From positions 25,730,001 through 25,794,000 of the forward strand of contig NW_026889778.1 of NCBI RefSeq assembly GCF_033153115.1: a DNA stretch of 64,000 nucleotides, given 5' to 3'. The DNA comes from Saccostrea echinata (Eukaryota). Positions 24,200 to 37,023 of the stretch are shown here, one piece after another; the first letter of the stretch is position 1; the number at the start of each line of letters is the position of its first letter. A program made the translations under genes and the position numbers. The notes below the pieces were generated by a model. It was not told the DNA's origin. It saw nothing but the letters and a program-made list of their open reading frames with translations, and did not search any database.

Positions 24200-25940
24200 T
24201 ATCTAATTTCTATATGACTGGTTATGATTTTTTTTACATGACAGGCCATATGTATATGCCAGGCTATGATTCTAAATTCTATCTCAATTCTATCTGACTA
24301 GCTATGAGCTCTAGTCAAATATGAGTGGTCCTGATCTTTAGTTTTATATGACTGGCTTATAGCCGAAGTTCTATTATGATTTTGTATATAATCACATCTT
24401 CAATATGACTGGCTTTGATCTTCATTTTTACCTGACTGGCTATTATCTTAAGTTATATATGATCTTAAGTTACATATTGTGATGTGGTGATTTTTACAAT
24501 AGCGTTATCTCTCTTTGTTTTCATACACTGTTTGTCATTGAGGGTGATTTCCCCATCTATTTTTAGTAACAGAGATTCTGTTAAGCTAAAGTATTCAAGA
24601 TTTTCATTTAAAATAATTTTTGTCATTATCATTTTTCAAATAATGATGGAAAAATATATGTAAGTTTTAGTTAAATGTATTGTTTAATATTTTGATAATT
24701 TCAACATCACTTCCTGTGATCACGTGACTTCATAGTTTATGATTTTGCACGAAATGTTTCGCGCTAAGAAGACGGTGTAGTTGTTGAAGCCGAATTTTAG
24801 CTAGGTGTCAGTGTCTGTACTAGTAAATACCATCTGTAAGTTTATATTTTTTTTTATCTAGCTTTGCTTATAATAGTAAAGTATGTTTAGGTAGGGTTAT
24901 TTTAATATTTGTAAAGTCAGAAAATGTTTATTTTAGGAGAATAAGTTTAAGCCATGTTTTTGTTGATAAAAGTTTTCATATAATATTGGCTATTCATTTT
25001 AATTCTAGTGATGCTTATTAGGCTTTTATTATGAAGAAGTTTAAATTTATTATACAAGATATATTTGTGCTATTGTTTACAACTACAGCTAGAGGTAACA
25101 TAGGTATATTGGGTTTTGGTTAGGTTGTACAGTATCACTGTGGCCAATTGTGACCTTGACCTAAGTTTATGCATTGTGACCCTATTTGGGGTAAGATTTA
25201 TATGAAAGCATATTATCTATTATTTATATATATTTATTCATAAGTCAGTTATGAGTGTGATATGTTATAAATCTTTATAATGAAAGGTCAACTGTCTGTC
25301 ATAATTATGTATATTTATTTTATTCATTTTTTTTATTAATACATCGTTACATTCATGTGAAGTTACATTTGTAAGTAAGGTCATGTTTTTCTTTATATTT
25401 TATTTGTACAGCACACTGCTATTATTATTATTATCATCATCATTATTATTAATGATTATTATCTGACATCATACCATTATAAATGTTGTTGATCTGTTGA
25501 TAACAATAAAACCTATAGAACAAAAAGCTGATTATCACAATATTATTTGCTATGATCTAATGTTTCTATATGATTGGATAAGATCATAACATCTACATGA
25601 CTATATGAGCTGGAATTCTATATGGCTTTCTATGTTCTTAAGATCTGTTGAGTGACTATGTTTTAAAGTTTTGTATACTAGTAAATGGCAATGATAAATA
25701 TTTAATTTAGAAATTTACTTGACTGGCTATGATCTTAAATTATATGTGGATATATAATCTTGAGTTCGATATGCCTGACTATGATCTTGATTTATATATG
25801 AATGGCTGTGATTTTGACTTCTACACAACTGGCTATGATCTTAAGATGTACATGACTGGCTTGTTCATGAGTTTTACATGCCTGATTGTGGTGCTGAGTA
25901 ACATTGGCGTGGCTGTGATCTTAAGTTACATATAACCCGC
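24200..25940. repeat. Degenerate ~27-bp minisatellite (tgactggctatgatcttaagttctata-like), interrupted by a solo LTR
   Basis: Repeating tgactggctatgatctt… units; paralogous array at ~31450-32670. Confidence 0.75.
24478..25539. mobile_element. Solo LTR (probably Gypsy-type)
   Basis: TG…CA ends with a short inverted repeat (tgtgat…atcaca), a 4-bp TSD ATAT (24474-7, 25540-3) and AATAAA near the right end. Empty site at ~31743 (ttacATATgatttgctatgatc). Confidence 0.8.
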
Positions 25941-26367
25941 TTCGAACTTCTTTATTTTTTAATTGTGTAAGAATGTGCTCCTTTATAAGACACCATTTCC
26001 CACATGACCAGCCTCTGATCATGGGAGGTCCTCATGTACTTTCGAGAACATGTATGAGGCATGAATGTAGAACTGTCTCTCTGTCTCTCTTATGAAATTC
26101 TCTAGTTAATATTTAATTCTGATTTGTGATGCACGTAAAAGGAAGTTGGTCTTTTCTTGCCCACATTTTCTAGGAATACTCTCCACTCTGGTAGTACTTA
26201 AGACTGCAAAATACATGCCTGAAATCTTTTGTCATATTTTGTTTGTGCTTGTTTCCTTCCTGTAAATCAAATAACAAGTGAAAACGAAGAACAAAGCTGA
26301 AACTAAAAAAACTGGCACCAAATACGAAAAGTTAATATGAACTCTCTCCAACACAATGAATGTTTTG

Positions 26368-26830
26368 TTTTTTATCACCTTAGTCACTCAGGTGACCTAT
26401 TACTGTTTTTCGTCTGTCGATCGTAAACTTTTCAGCATCCTCTTATAATCATTTTAAAACCATTTTGGTATAGACCATCTGTGGGCAAAAGGGGAAGGGG
26501 TATGCATTCTATGGCTCCTTTACCGTGGCGCCTGAAGGATGCTGCCGAAACCAACAAAATCTATGTAATTTGAAGAAACCTTCTTCCTCTCTCCTGGAAA
26601 TCAATCAATCAAACGGTTTACATTGTTATAACAAGAAATGATTGTTTGACCAGACTTGTAAAATTCATGGCTCCAGGGTCAGTAGTTCTGGAATCAGTAA
26701 AGGACTCTGTTGATCATTTAGTGAAAGGGTGTTTTTTAAAACCAGATTTATGAAATTCTGGACCACTGGGGTATTCTGGTGATGGACAGGGCTATATTGG
26801 TTTTATACAGAATTTTTTTTTCTCTACTGA
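26368..26830 (+). mobile_element. Helentron-type non-autonomous element fragment
   Basis: 5' tttttatcacct-tagtcactcaggtgacctat and internal gtaaaattcatggctcc units, similar to those at ~12480-12670 and ~13730. Confidence 0.5.
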
Positions 26831-27397
26831 GAGAAGTTAATCCTCCTTGCTATTCACCTATAATGATTAGTCACTGTAAATAATGTAATTGATGGGTTAA
26901 TGAAATAAAAAAAAAAATACGTCAAGTAATTTTAATGTATAATACAAAAATGCTTTCATAGTCTAATGGTCAGGTAGACTTAATAGTAGGTAAATAAATT
27001 GAGACAAAAATACCAAATTTTTGTACATTAAATGTTCTCCAAAGACCAAGAGATTCCAATGTGAGAAGGAATGAAACGGGTTTCTATTAAGTGCTCAAGC
27101 GCCTTCATGGTGATAGTGACAAAGGGGAGCCTATTAGCACTGCTAAGTGTATTTAAGTAAATAGATGTACTTTATTATTTATTACTGAGTACTACGCTAA
27201 CTATTTTGCCGATCTTTTATCATTCTGTTTCTCTTGCTATTGGGCAACATATCTTCTTGTTTTATTGTATACTTCTATGGATCCTTTATATTAGTGTATT
27301 ATATTTAGGTGACCGTGAAGATTTTTATTTATTTATTTATTTTTATCCATGTTCGATATTTACGTGACATTGAAATACTAGTACATTTGATAATTAA

Positions 27398-27904
27398 GGT
27401 ATTCAATGTATAACGACCATATTTTGTATCTAATAAATGAACGGTCCTATATTTGTAATTATGGTATCATTTTGATGGTGTTGTGAAATAAAAATACTCC
27501 ACCAAAGAAATTTTTAAAATTTTGATTATTGTCAAATTAATTGCACCTTGAATTTTACATTGAAATCTATGGACAATGCTTATGTTATCAAGATATTGTA
27601 AAAAGTATTTTGAATTTCACAAAAAGCTCTTGGTGAAAATATGCATACACTCTCTCATTATTAAAATATGAAATAAAATTAATCATTTACCACAGATATT
27701 TTGACGAAATTAAAATTTTCTTCTTTGTATCAAGGGCAGATAACTCTTCAAAAACTTTAAAAGTGCTAAATGACCAGCTTCTTATATGTTATCAGTCATG
27801 TGAATTTGGTTCATTTCACTTTCATCATTATCTAGCAATGCAATTTTAACTAGTTTAAAATGATTCAAAATTGTTCAAAATCCCTTCATTATACATTGAA
27901 TACC
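27398..27904. mobile_element. TTAA-TSD MITE (Kolobok-like)
   Basis: TTAA|ggtattcaatgtataa … ttatacattgaatacc|TTAA (perfect 16-bp TIR). Absent from the paralogous flank at ~19077. Confidence 0.88.
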
Positions 27905-28422
27905 TTAAGTTTAAATAATGTCGATTCCTTCGCAACTTTATGTAGAAACAAATAATGTAGAATTTTTTTGGAATATTGCTTTTTATTCAAATTTTACTTA
28001 TTATCATAATTGAAAATTTTGCTAAAATAAGAAAAACAATTTCTTTTAAATAAAAATTGTCTGTTTTGTTTTTAACTGATCAAATTATAAAATCCACATT
28101 CCTTTTACGAATGTGCATGAACTGTTTCGTCATTGTTAGTCATTAAAAGTTTATGTGTATTAACTGATTTACATGCTTGTTCTATTTTTAATTTCTTTCG
28201 TATCAAAATATGGTCCATCAACATCCAGTAAATATCTTAGAATTAAGTTTTCGATCTGCATCTTTTTCAATAGATGTCTCCAAAATACAACACAAAGCAT
28301 GTAAACCACATTGTGATTAAAAAAAAAAAACTATACATTTTCATATATCAAATGACAAATAAAAATGATTTGTCTTTCGAACAGACTGATATGGCACTAA
28401 AAATTGAAAATACGTGCAAACA

Positions 28423-28648
28423 CCGTATACGTGGAAATTTTAGCGAGACGCAAATTTAGCGATACAACTTTAAATCATGGTTATTAATTTTTAGCGAGAA
28501 TCAATTTTAGCGATTTTAAAGTGCCTACTAAAGAACCTATTACAAATAAAACGCAATTTGTTTTTAGCGATATTCAATTTAAGCGATTTCTACACCCTCG
28601 ATAATAATGCCAAAATTAAATTTTCGCAAAAAATTCTGCTTATATGAT
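28423..28648. mobile_element. Small MITE with tttagcga subrepeats
   Basis: Several tttagcga repeats and degenerate TIRs. Absent from the paralogous flank at ~19580. Confidence 0.7.
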
Positions 28649-28751
28649 ATAAATTCATGAATACAAATAAAATAGTAATAATTGTTCGGCGTATTTATTC
28701 TGTTTTCACATCAATATAAGAAGCAACATACTTATATATTAAGCATGACTA

Positions 28752-30788
28752 CTAAGTCTGCAACAATTCACAGATTGTTTGTATTCTTAAAGTTGTTGCG
28801 TTTGTGATTTTGTTATACGGATTTTGTAGTAGAGAATACCGGTAAGAACGAAGCGCCTCCTCATAGCCTCCACAGATCTGTTGACATATTCCCAGTATCT
28901 GCCATGATATGTCGCGACAGTTTGGGGGTGCTCGATTAGACAATAACAGAGTCTGTAGGTCCTGTAGATATTGCCTTGACCTGACTGTATTACCCAGTCT
29001 CTGATGATTCAGTACAGACAACATGTGAAGCATCACTAGAGAAGGGACAAGTAATACACTCATTCCAGAGAACTCCTGTTCCAACACCAACTCATCAATG
29101 TAAGAGCAACTAATGTATAACTTAATATCATACATCACTATAGATTTTCTTATGCTTTCGTTCAATGGTACCTGAACCCTGGTGCTTCTGTAAAACTCTG
29201 CATTTTCGTGATTCCAAAACATAATATGGGGTTCAGACATCCTGTCTTGTACTCTCTGTAAACACCTCAAAGAGCATTCATACCTTCCGATTCTATAAAA
29301 GTACATAGATAAGTACAGACTATCGGATGAGGAGCCCACTTTCGAAGCTAACTTTAACAGGTTACAAGACATGTGATTCAGATATGTTCGGTTTCTGTTT
29401 AAGATTTCATTAGATGTACGTACAAATCTCGATATATAGAAAGCAGCATTACAGAGTGATTCTGATGTCATCATCTGAATAGCTGCTAACTGATAGATAG
29501 TCATTGCTGATCTTAGAAACTTTTCAATTGCAATAATACGCCTGGAAAAATCCTTCAAATCCTCAATAGGTACAGCTGATCTAGATAAGTGAGCAAAGAA
29601 TCTTATATTTAAAGTATCTTTTGAGATCATGCTTCTCTCATCTGTACAAAACGATAGTGTTTTTTGGATGATTGCTTTGCTGAGGTTAGGTCTGAGAGTT
29701 GGACTCAGTAGAAGACATGGTATCCCTCTAAAATACAAATCATACAATTGATTAAATAGTAACCATTGTGCTGAACCTTGAACTTTTACCCTAAACATGT
29801 TGTTCTGTGGAATAAAGAAGTTTGGACATTCACCAATTCGCACAAAGTGTATTAGTAATGTAAAACACTTCCAAAAACAAATAAGTAGGTTACTAGGTGT
29901 CCACTTTAATGCATAATCTTTTTGAATGACCCAAAATAAAATTGTTTTCATGAAATACGAACAAAGTATTGGTTGGCTGTTTTCAAAATTGATCACCTCT
30001 TTCATGAAAATCTTCAAAAGACCATAGCACAAAAACTGACAATGATTCATGGCAAAAACAAGTTTCTGTTCTGCCATTGAAAACGAAATTCTCCATTCAC
30101 TGTTTGTAGAAGAGCAGGATGGAATGCTACTGATTGGCACGACATGACATCCCATCTCTATTATCTCAGAAATTACACTTCGTGGAGGCCAGTTCGTTTG
30201 CACACATCTCTGTATCCACGGTGATGCTATCATCGGCCACTGAAGGGATTGTAAACATGACGCTATGTCAACTTCTTGACCGTGCTGGAAGTAGTTAGCG
30301 CAAGGTCCGTGTTCAGTGGACAAAGCAGTTACAGTGCCCCTATTTCTAAATGACTGCAATGATATCTTTCTGAACAAAGAACTGTAAATATAGAGTCCGT
30401 TATTGATATTTACACAGGAGGATCTCACAAGCTCATTATACGATTGAGTCATCAGCTTCAGTCTTGTGAACCCGGGCGGTAGTCCTTTGGTCTCCATCAA
30501 TATCAAAGCGTACCCTTGAATTCGGCAAGGATTGACATGAGAGAGATCGCAAATCACTTTTTGATCTAAAGGCCAGATCATATAATCGACATCTGAGGTA
30601 CTGAATCTAAATCCTTCACGATAACTTCCACTCTTTACAAAATGGCTTCCTTTCGCAATGCTTGCTGCGCTATTCAACATATCCTCAGTCTCCGAGATAT
30701 CTCTCCTGAACCTCACTTCTGTAAAGGTTCCCACTTTGAGACACAGTCCTACATAGAGAGCCCCTGACAAACGAGGTACTTCAACCAT
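28752..30788 (-). CDS. cGLR copy 3, subfamily B, intact, 678 aa
   Basis: Single ORF with SGSYREGFRFSTSDVDYM, HGPCA…[38 protein letters not shown] and a TPR-like C-terminus. Confidence 0.92.
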   Translation of the reverse strand: MVEVPRLSGALYVGLCLKVGTFTEVRFRRDISETEDMLNSAASIAKGSHFVKSGSYREGFRFSTSDVDYMIWPLDQKVICDLSHVNPCRIQGYALILMETKGLPPGFTRLKLMTQSYNELVRSSCVNINNGLYIYSSLFRKISLQSFRNRGTVTALSTEHGPCANYFQHGQEVDIASCLQSLQWPMIASPWIQRCVQTNWPPRSVISEIIEMGCHVVPISSIPSCSSTNSEWRISFSMAEQKLVFAMNHCQFLCYGLLKIFMKEVINFENSQPILCSYFMKTILFWVIQKDYALKWTPSNLLICFWKCFTLLIHFVRIGECPNFFIPQNNMFRVKVQGSAQWLLFNQLYDLYFRGIPCLLLSPTLRPNLSKAIIQKTLSFCTDERSMISKDTLNIRFFAHLSRSAVPIEDLKDFSRRIIAIEKFLRSAMTIYQLAAIQMMTSESLCNAAFYISRFVRTSNEILNRNRTYLNHMSCNLLKLASKVGSSSDSLYLSMYFYRIGRYECSLRCLQRVQDRMSEPHIMFWNHENAEFYRSTRVQVPLNESIRKSIVMYDIKLYISCSYIDELVLEQEFSGMSVLLVPSLVMLHMLSVLNHQRLGNTVRSRQYLQDLQTLLLSNRAPPNCRDISWQILGICQQICGGYEEALRSYRYSLLQNPYNKITNATTLRIQTICELLQT

Positions 30789-31449
30789 TTATTATTCTTC
30801 TTATATATATGTTTTTCATTTCTATACATCTATCATCTCACTTAGTTTCAAAATTTGCTCTGGTTGATTCTTTTTGGAAGTTTCCAGTTTTTAAAGTTAC
30901 ATTTTGTAATGCAGCAGGAAGAGAGAGGAAACATATGCACATTTTAATCCCCCTTTTCCGTTTCGTAGAAAAGTACTTGTATCATAATAGATTCATTTTA
31001 AAAAATCTTAGCCATAAAAAGAGACATTACAATATAGATATTACAGCTTAACTCTTTTTAGTCTTGTATTCACCAGAAAATCTTGGAATTACAGGATGAA
31101 TAACCAGCACGTTCATGATTGCTAGAAAAATTGCAGTATATTTATGTAATGTATGAAAACAAACCATCTTCTTTAACTTTTAAATAACTAAATATCAATT
31201 GTCCGAAATTTTTGACACAAGATGTAGGTTTGATTCTACTTTTACTTTGAAACCAGATAATGGTATGTGATTTTGATGTTAAATGGGAAAATGAACCTTT
31301 AATATGAATTTCAAAGTTTTCATATGATCATATGATCTGGTGTATTGTTCTATATAATTACAACCTCGATCTGTATCACTAATTAGATCTTCGTAGCCTT
31401 CGAGTCTTTTCAATTGCAGTTTACATGTTGAAATGAATGCCTATTATCG

Positions 31450-32670
31450 AAAGTTCTATATAACTGGTTCTGATTTTTTTTATATTACTGGCCATGGTCA
31501 TAAGCTATATGTATATGACAGGCTATGATTCTAAATTCTATCTCAATTCTATCCGACTTGCTATGAGCTCTAGTCAATTATGAGTGGTCCTGATCTTGAG
31601 TTTTATATGACTGGCTAATGACCGTGGTTCCATGATGATTTGATATATAATCTCATCTTCTATATGACTGGCTATGATCTTCAGTTTTACGTGACTGGCT
31701 TTTATCTTAAGTTATAAATGATGTGCTATGATCTTAAGTTACATATGATTTGCTATGATCTAAAGTTCAATATGATTGAAGATACTCTTAAATTTTTTTA
31801 TGACTATATGATATTACATTCTGTATGATTGGATAAGATCTTACATTCTATATGACTATATGAGCTGAAGTTCTATATGACTGGCTATGTTCTTAAGATC
31901 TTTTGACTTACTATGATTTTAAGTTTTGTATGAACGGCCATGATCTTAAATTTAAGATCAAGATCTAGTAAATGAAAGGAACCTATAGATTTCTCAATTT
32001 TGAAAATTAATTCCTTTAATGATGTTTTATAAGTACAGCTTGCTGAAATAAGATGTATCGGGGCATATTTTGTAGGTAGGCAAGACGAAAAATCATATTT
32101 TAAACTGTCTTTTTCAATGAAAAATTAAGATAATGAGTCATGAATATAGGAGTTTTTCCCCTATCGAACAGAGGAAATATGTCCAGATTGCCTACAGTCT
32201 CTCAGAAAATGGTAATTTGTATGTTCTTAGCCTCTTCTTTAAATTAATATTAAATTAAATACAGGTATCGGGATTAATTTTCACATGATTTCAAATTGAA
32301 TTCCATGAAAATACTTTTTTTTCTACATATTTCTATTAGAGCCGTAAAGTACGGGAAAAAGAAAGTTTAAACTGATTATGACGTCCTAATGTATCTAGCA
32401 TCAAAATGAATTAAACATTTTACTAGATCTTGACCTTAATGTGAATATTTCACTTAGAAATTTACTTGCCTGGCTGTGATTCTATGTGGAGATATAATCT
32501 TGAGTTCTATATGCCTGACTAACATTGATTTATATATATGAATTACTGTGATTTTGACTTCTATATAACTGGCTATGATCTAAAGTTCTATTTGACTGGT
32601 TTTGATCATGAGTTTTGAATGACTGATTGCTGAGTTATATATGCGTAGGTTAAATATAATTGGCTTTGAA
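31450..32670. repeat. Degenerate ~27-bp minisatellite upstream of copy 3
   Basis: tgactggctatgatcttcagttttacg / tgactggcttttatcttaagttataaa and similar units. Confidence 0.75.
31956..32435. mobile_element. TTAA-TSD MITE (Kolobok-like)
   Basis: TTAA|gatcaagatctagtaaa … tttactagatcttgacc|TTAA. Absent from the copy-2 upstream region (~25700). Confidence 0.85.
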
Positions 32671-33389
32671 CTGATGATATTTCCTTCAACATCACAAATC
32701 TCCTTTTATTAATTCGTAAAAATGTGCTTCTTTCACACTCTATCTCATATGAACAGCCTCTGATCAAAGATGGTCCTCATATATAACTAGTACATGTATG
32801 AGGCATGAATGTGGGACTGTTATGGATTTATGTTATAAGATTTTATGAAGGACTAAGCACTGATCTTTGCCTTTCAATATTTTTTGGTAATGAAAATCTT
32901 AACAATATATTATGTAATTTCTCTATATACTAGGTCTATATGAAAAGAATTATTACAGGAATATGTTTCATCCGGACATCACTGGTTCCAAAGAAATTGG
33001 CCGGATGAGACAACATTTTAAAAAATTAAATTTTCTGAAAGGGACCGAAAGGTAACAATAAGATAAGTTTCCTTGTACTATGGATTATTTCTACATTGAT
33101 TTAGATATTCTTTAATTATAAATATCTTAAATAATCTTGCACCTCTCTCTCTCTCTCTCTAACGAAATTCCCCAGTTTATATTCAATTTTGATTTGTGAT
33201 GCACGTAAAAGGAAGTAACAGGATCAGATATTTTCTTACATTGTCTATAAGTAATTTCCACTCCGTAAAAGACGCCTTGTCTTTTATCACATTTTTTCTG
33301 TGTGTGTTTCCTTCATGTCAATAAAACAAAAGAAAACGAAAAAGACAGTTGAAAAAAATATTGTCACTATATTAAAAAATTCAATATAA

Positions 33390-33687
33390 CCCTAACAAAA
33401 AGTACCATAGTTAACTACAGTAAATCAAAGTATTTTTACTATGGATTTCAGATCGAAATATTTTATCTTTTAAGATTCATACAAGTAATTTTCTGATATT
33501 AAAAAGAAATATTTCTTGTATATTTACACATTATTTCAAAAAATTACATCATTGATATGTAATTTAAGAAATATTAAGGCTCTAAATCTTCAAAAAAGTT
33601 CTTGAGTAAAGTTTCATAGTGAATCAAAGTATTTACTATAGTTAACTATAATAAACTATAGTTAACTATAGTAAACTTTTATTAGGG
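33390..33687. mobile_element. MITE with ccctaa…ttaggg TIRs and actatag subrepeats
   Basis: ccctaacaaaaagt … actttttattaggg; related copy at ~9145-9475. Confidence 0.7.
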
Positions 33688-35516
33688 AAACTCTTCCACG
33701 CAATAGATATTAAATAGAACATGAAGACCTTCTGAAAAAAAAATCTAAAATAAGTCTTATTGGTAGTGTCTGCAAACCTTATATTTCCTGTAAAATATCT
33801 TTAAGCATGAGGATCATAATAACATTTTATTATATAACTAACTGTATTTAGGGAAAAAAGAGAGACAATACGTATGTTTTTAGTCAAGGTTTTTTTTTCA
33901 CTTTCTCATGTATAGAATGGGAATTTCATGTTTTTCAAGTAATCATCTTTTGGAAAATAAATCGAGCTATGTTTCGTAAACTTTAATATAAACAATTTAA
34001 AGAACAAAAAAAAAAAAAAATCAGGAAAGACTTAACCTGACCCGCAAGAGCCCAGAAAGCAAATGCTAAACTTTTCTAAAGAAAACATCAAGCTCATATA
34101 CGTGGGAAAACTTAACAGTCCATTTATGTACTGTACGCGTTCATAAATTGGCCTATGAAAAATTTAGCGAAATCAATGGGTACGAAGCCTTTGGCATAAT
34201 CATGAATTAGCGCTTCACATATCCGTGCCGTGTTTTATATTTTAAATGATGTCTTAGCGGTATTCATGAATTAGCGCATCTTTGTCCGCGATTTTATCAC
34301 GATTGACAACTTGAAATGCGTCAAGGGGATTAACATAGAACAGAGGGCAAACTAAGACAATATTTTAGACTCTAAATACAATGGCGGAAATCTTAGTTTA
34401 TGAAAAGAAAAATAAACATTTATTTTTTTTTAATTTTGAAAACCATAAAATGATGAAGTTTCTGTAACTTTTTTCGGTTTATTTCTTCGAAAAATTTTAT
34501 AATGATTTCATTTGATAACTTTCTGCTTAATCAGGCAAGAGGAATGACTATTCGATCTAAGGAAGGGCTAGAATTTAGATTATTGAAATTTTCCACTTAA
34601 AATTAATTCCTCACATTACTATGTTTTTCAAAGCTTCTTTAGGGTGAAATTCGATTAGAAAGGACAAACTGCCATCTTGTAAATGTTTTGGACAAAAGTT
34701 TTTTTTTTCAAGATCTTAAAACTATTATTTATCCAACTTATTTTGAATTGCTCACACATGGTATCTACTGGCCCTGATTAAGAGCCTGCTTTACTTCTAT
34801 ATATTTTCAACATTTTTTTAAGAATAGTTTCTGACAATGTTTAAAGTATGTGTGCATGTCAAAACATGCAACCTGTATTTGTCATATTCTAAGAACTATG
34901 CATTTTTTTTTTAAATTATCAATTATCTTAAGTTAGATTGTAATCAACACATTCATAATTAAGTTACTAGTAAATAGGGCGCAACTGGATTTCTTTGCGT
35001 CTATCAACATTGACGATTGAAAGAAAAGAAGAAAAAAAAACAGAGAAGTTACCATTTTTAAGACACAGCTAAAGAAATACAACCTGATCCCATTGAAAAT
35101 TGACTCTGTCGTCAGAAGCTTGAAATATAGCATCTCAAAGAAACAAAGAATCAAATGCTTCTAAAAAAAGAACAGCCTGATTTTGTTTTCGTACACTGAT
35201 CAAGTTATACAAACAATAATTTTCAGCAATACAACGTCTGCTTTTAGATTTTGTAAGAACCATTCCTTACGCAAGTTGAGGATTTTCTATACAAATTACC
35301 ATACTTGAACACTTGAGAACGTCTTATAGTCTACATTAAATGAAGAAATATGTAACTCTATCTATCACCGGTCATTTACTCTTTTGAAGACAGTTTTACA
35401 CTTGGAAGTGGAACTGGAACTTTATCAACTAGCAAATGTAACATTTTTGATTAGAGATCACTTCTCAAAAATTTTAGTATACATCACAAAAATCAACCTA
35501 CATTGAATTTTCCTCA

Positions 35517-36055
35517 TTTTTATGCCCCCATTATCGGAAATTCAGGAAATATTGCTTTTGGTCTGTCCGTGTCTGTTTGTCCGAAAATTCTTTAACCTCC
35601 ACTATACATGCTAGAGCTTTCAAATTTCACACATTTGTATTTTTTGTGGCAAAATTTTTCTGTTAATACATATAGCAAAATTTATGACTTCCTGTCTTTA
35701 ACCTTTGAGTTTAATCTACTTTTCAAAACTTCAGTCTTGGCCATAACTTTCAAACGGTTGGTGCTAGGACATTCGTATTTGAAATTGTATTCCTTGTAAC
35801 AATACCTTTTGTTGACACCCAGTTTTTAATTAATGGAATTGGAGTTAGGAAAATTTTAACCTTAGCCATAATTTCCGAATGGATGGTGCAAGGGCTTTCA
35901 TAATTTACATGTGCATGTATTCCTTGTGATAATACTTTTCCTTGTTACCTGCATTTTTTTTTTACCTCAGGACTTTAACCTTACTTAAATCTTGGATATG
36001 TGCCGCCATGGGGGAGGGGGGTGGCATCAGTGTCTAACAAACACATCTAGTTTTT
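35517..36055 (+). mobile_element. Helentron-type non-autonomous element
   Basis: ttttatgccccc start, gtctgtccgt microsatellite-like segment, repeated ttaacctt.gccataa units, and end ggcatcagtgtctaacaaacacatctag followed by a T-run. Confidence 0.55.
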
Positions 36056-37023
36056 TTTTCATTAATAATACTTCATTGCATTCTTGCAAATGAAAATGCT
36101 TGCACAGTTTTCCTTTGTACATGAAGATGTGTGTTAATTTCATGACAAGGAGATAGCTGTGTTGTAAATGAATAAGTAACATTGATTTTGGTTCCTCTTT
36201 TGTATTCTCATCTGTTTGAAAAAAAAACAACACTTGTGCTTCAAGTTAAACTATCGGTCATGTACTGCTTGCGATAACTTGTCTCTCCGTATTTACCATG
36301 TTATCTTATATACAGGTAATTTTAGGAAACGTTGTAAAATACGCAGTGGTTTATCAAATTTCATTTTAAGGAATACTCAAGCATGAGGCAACAAATGTTT
36401 CTATGTCATTTGTCTGTAATATATTTCCTGACAGATGTGCGCTGTATTATCATATTTTGATATATTTTTCAGTAGAATAATATACCGCGCAAAGACCTCG
36501 GGTGGGCATATTTCCCAATATTCAGTCAATAGCCTATAATTATTTTTTGGACAGACATTAGGACACTTCCTGAAAGCTTGATGGTTAAATTAAAATACAC
36601 AAGAAACAATACGGTGAGAGATACCCAAAACCACATATATGAATAGGTACAGTCATCTGTTTATTGCCCTTGGACAAATCATTCAACAAAACATACTTTT
36701 AGACATCGAGAAACAAACTTTATATTAAGTACGTACAAACCTTGTGAGCTTCGTCTGTTTATCAATATATCTTATGGCAATGAAGCAATTTACTAGATTT
36801 TTTCTATTTTATCAAAGACCATGAAAATACAATATCATTTACAGAATTAAAAAAGTTAACGTCTAGTAAATGCCTCGACAAGTAGTAGTTCGACCTTCTT
36901 AAAAAGTTTCCCTAAGAACTGTTTTACAGATCTTTCTGTGATAGATCCATAATACAGTATAATGCACTTTTTGATATTAAACTCCGAAATACAGTTCATG
37001 AATCTAAATGCCATACAGTGTTC

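Noticed and set aside
24200-25940. CRISPR-like appearance of the periodic repeats, and ORF 25729-25935
   Set aside because: Degenerate contiguous tandem units without unique spacers, in a eukaryotic context; the ORF is a translation of the repeat.
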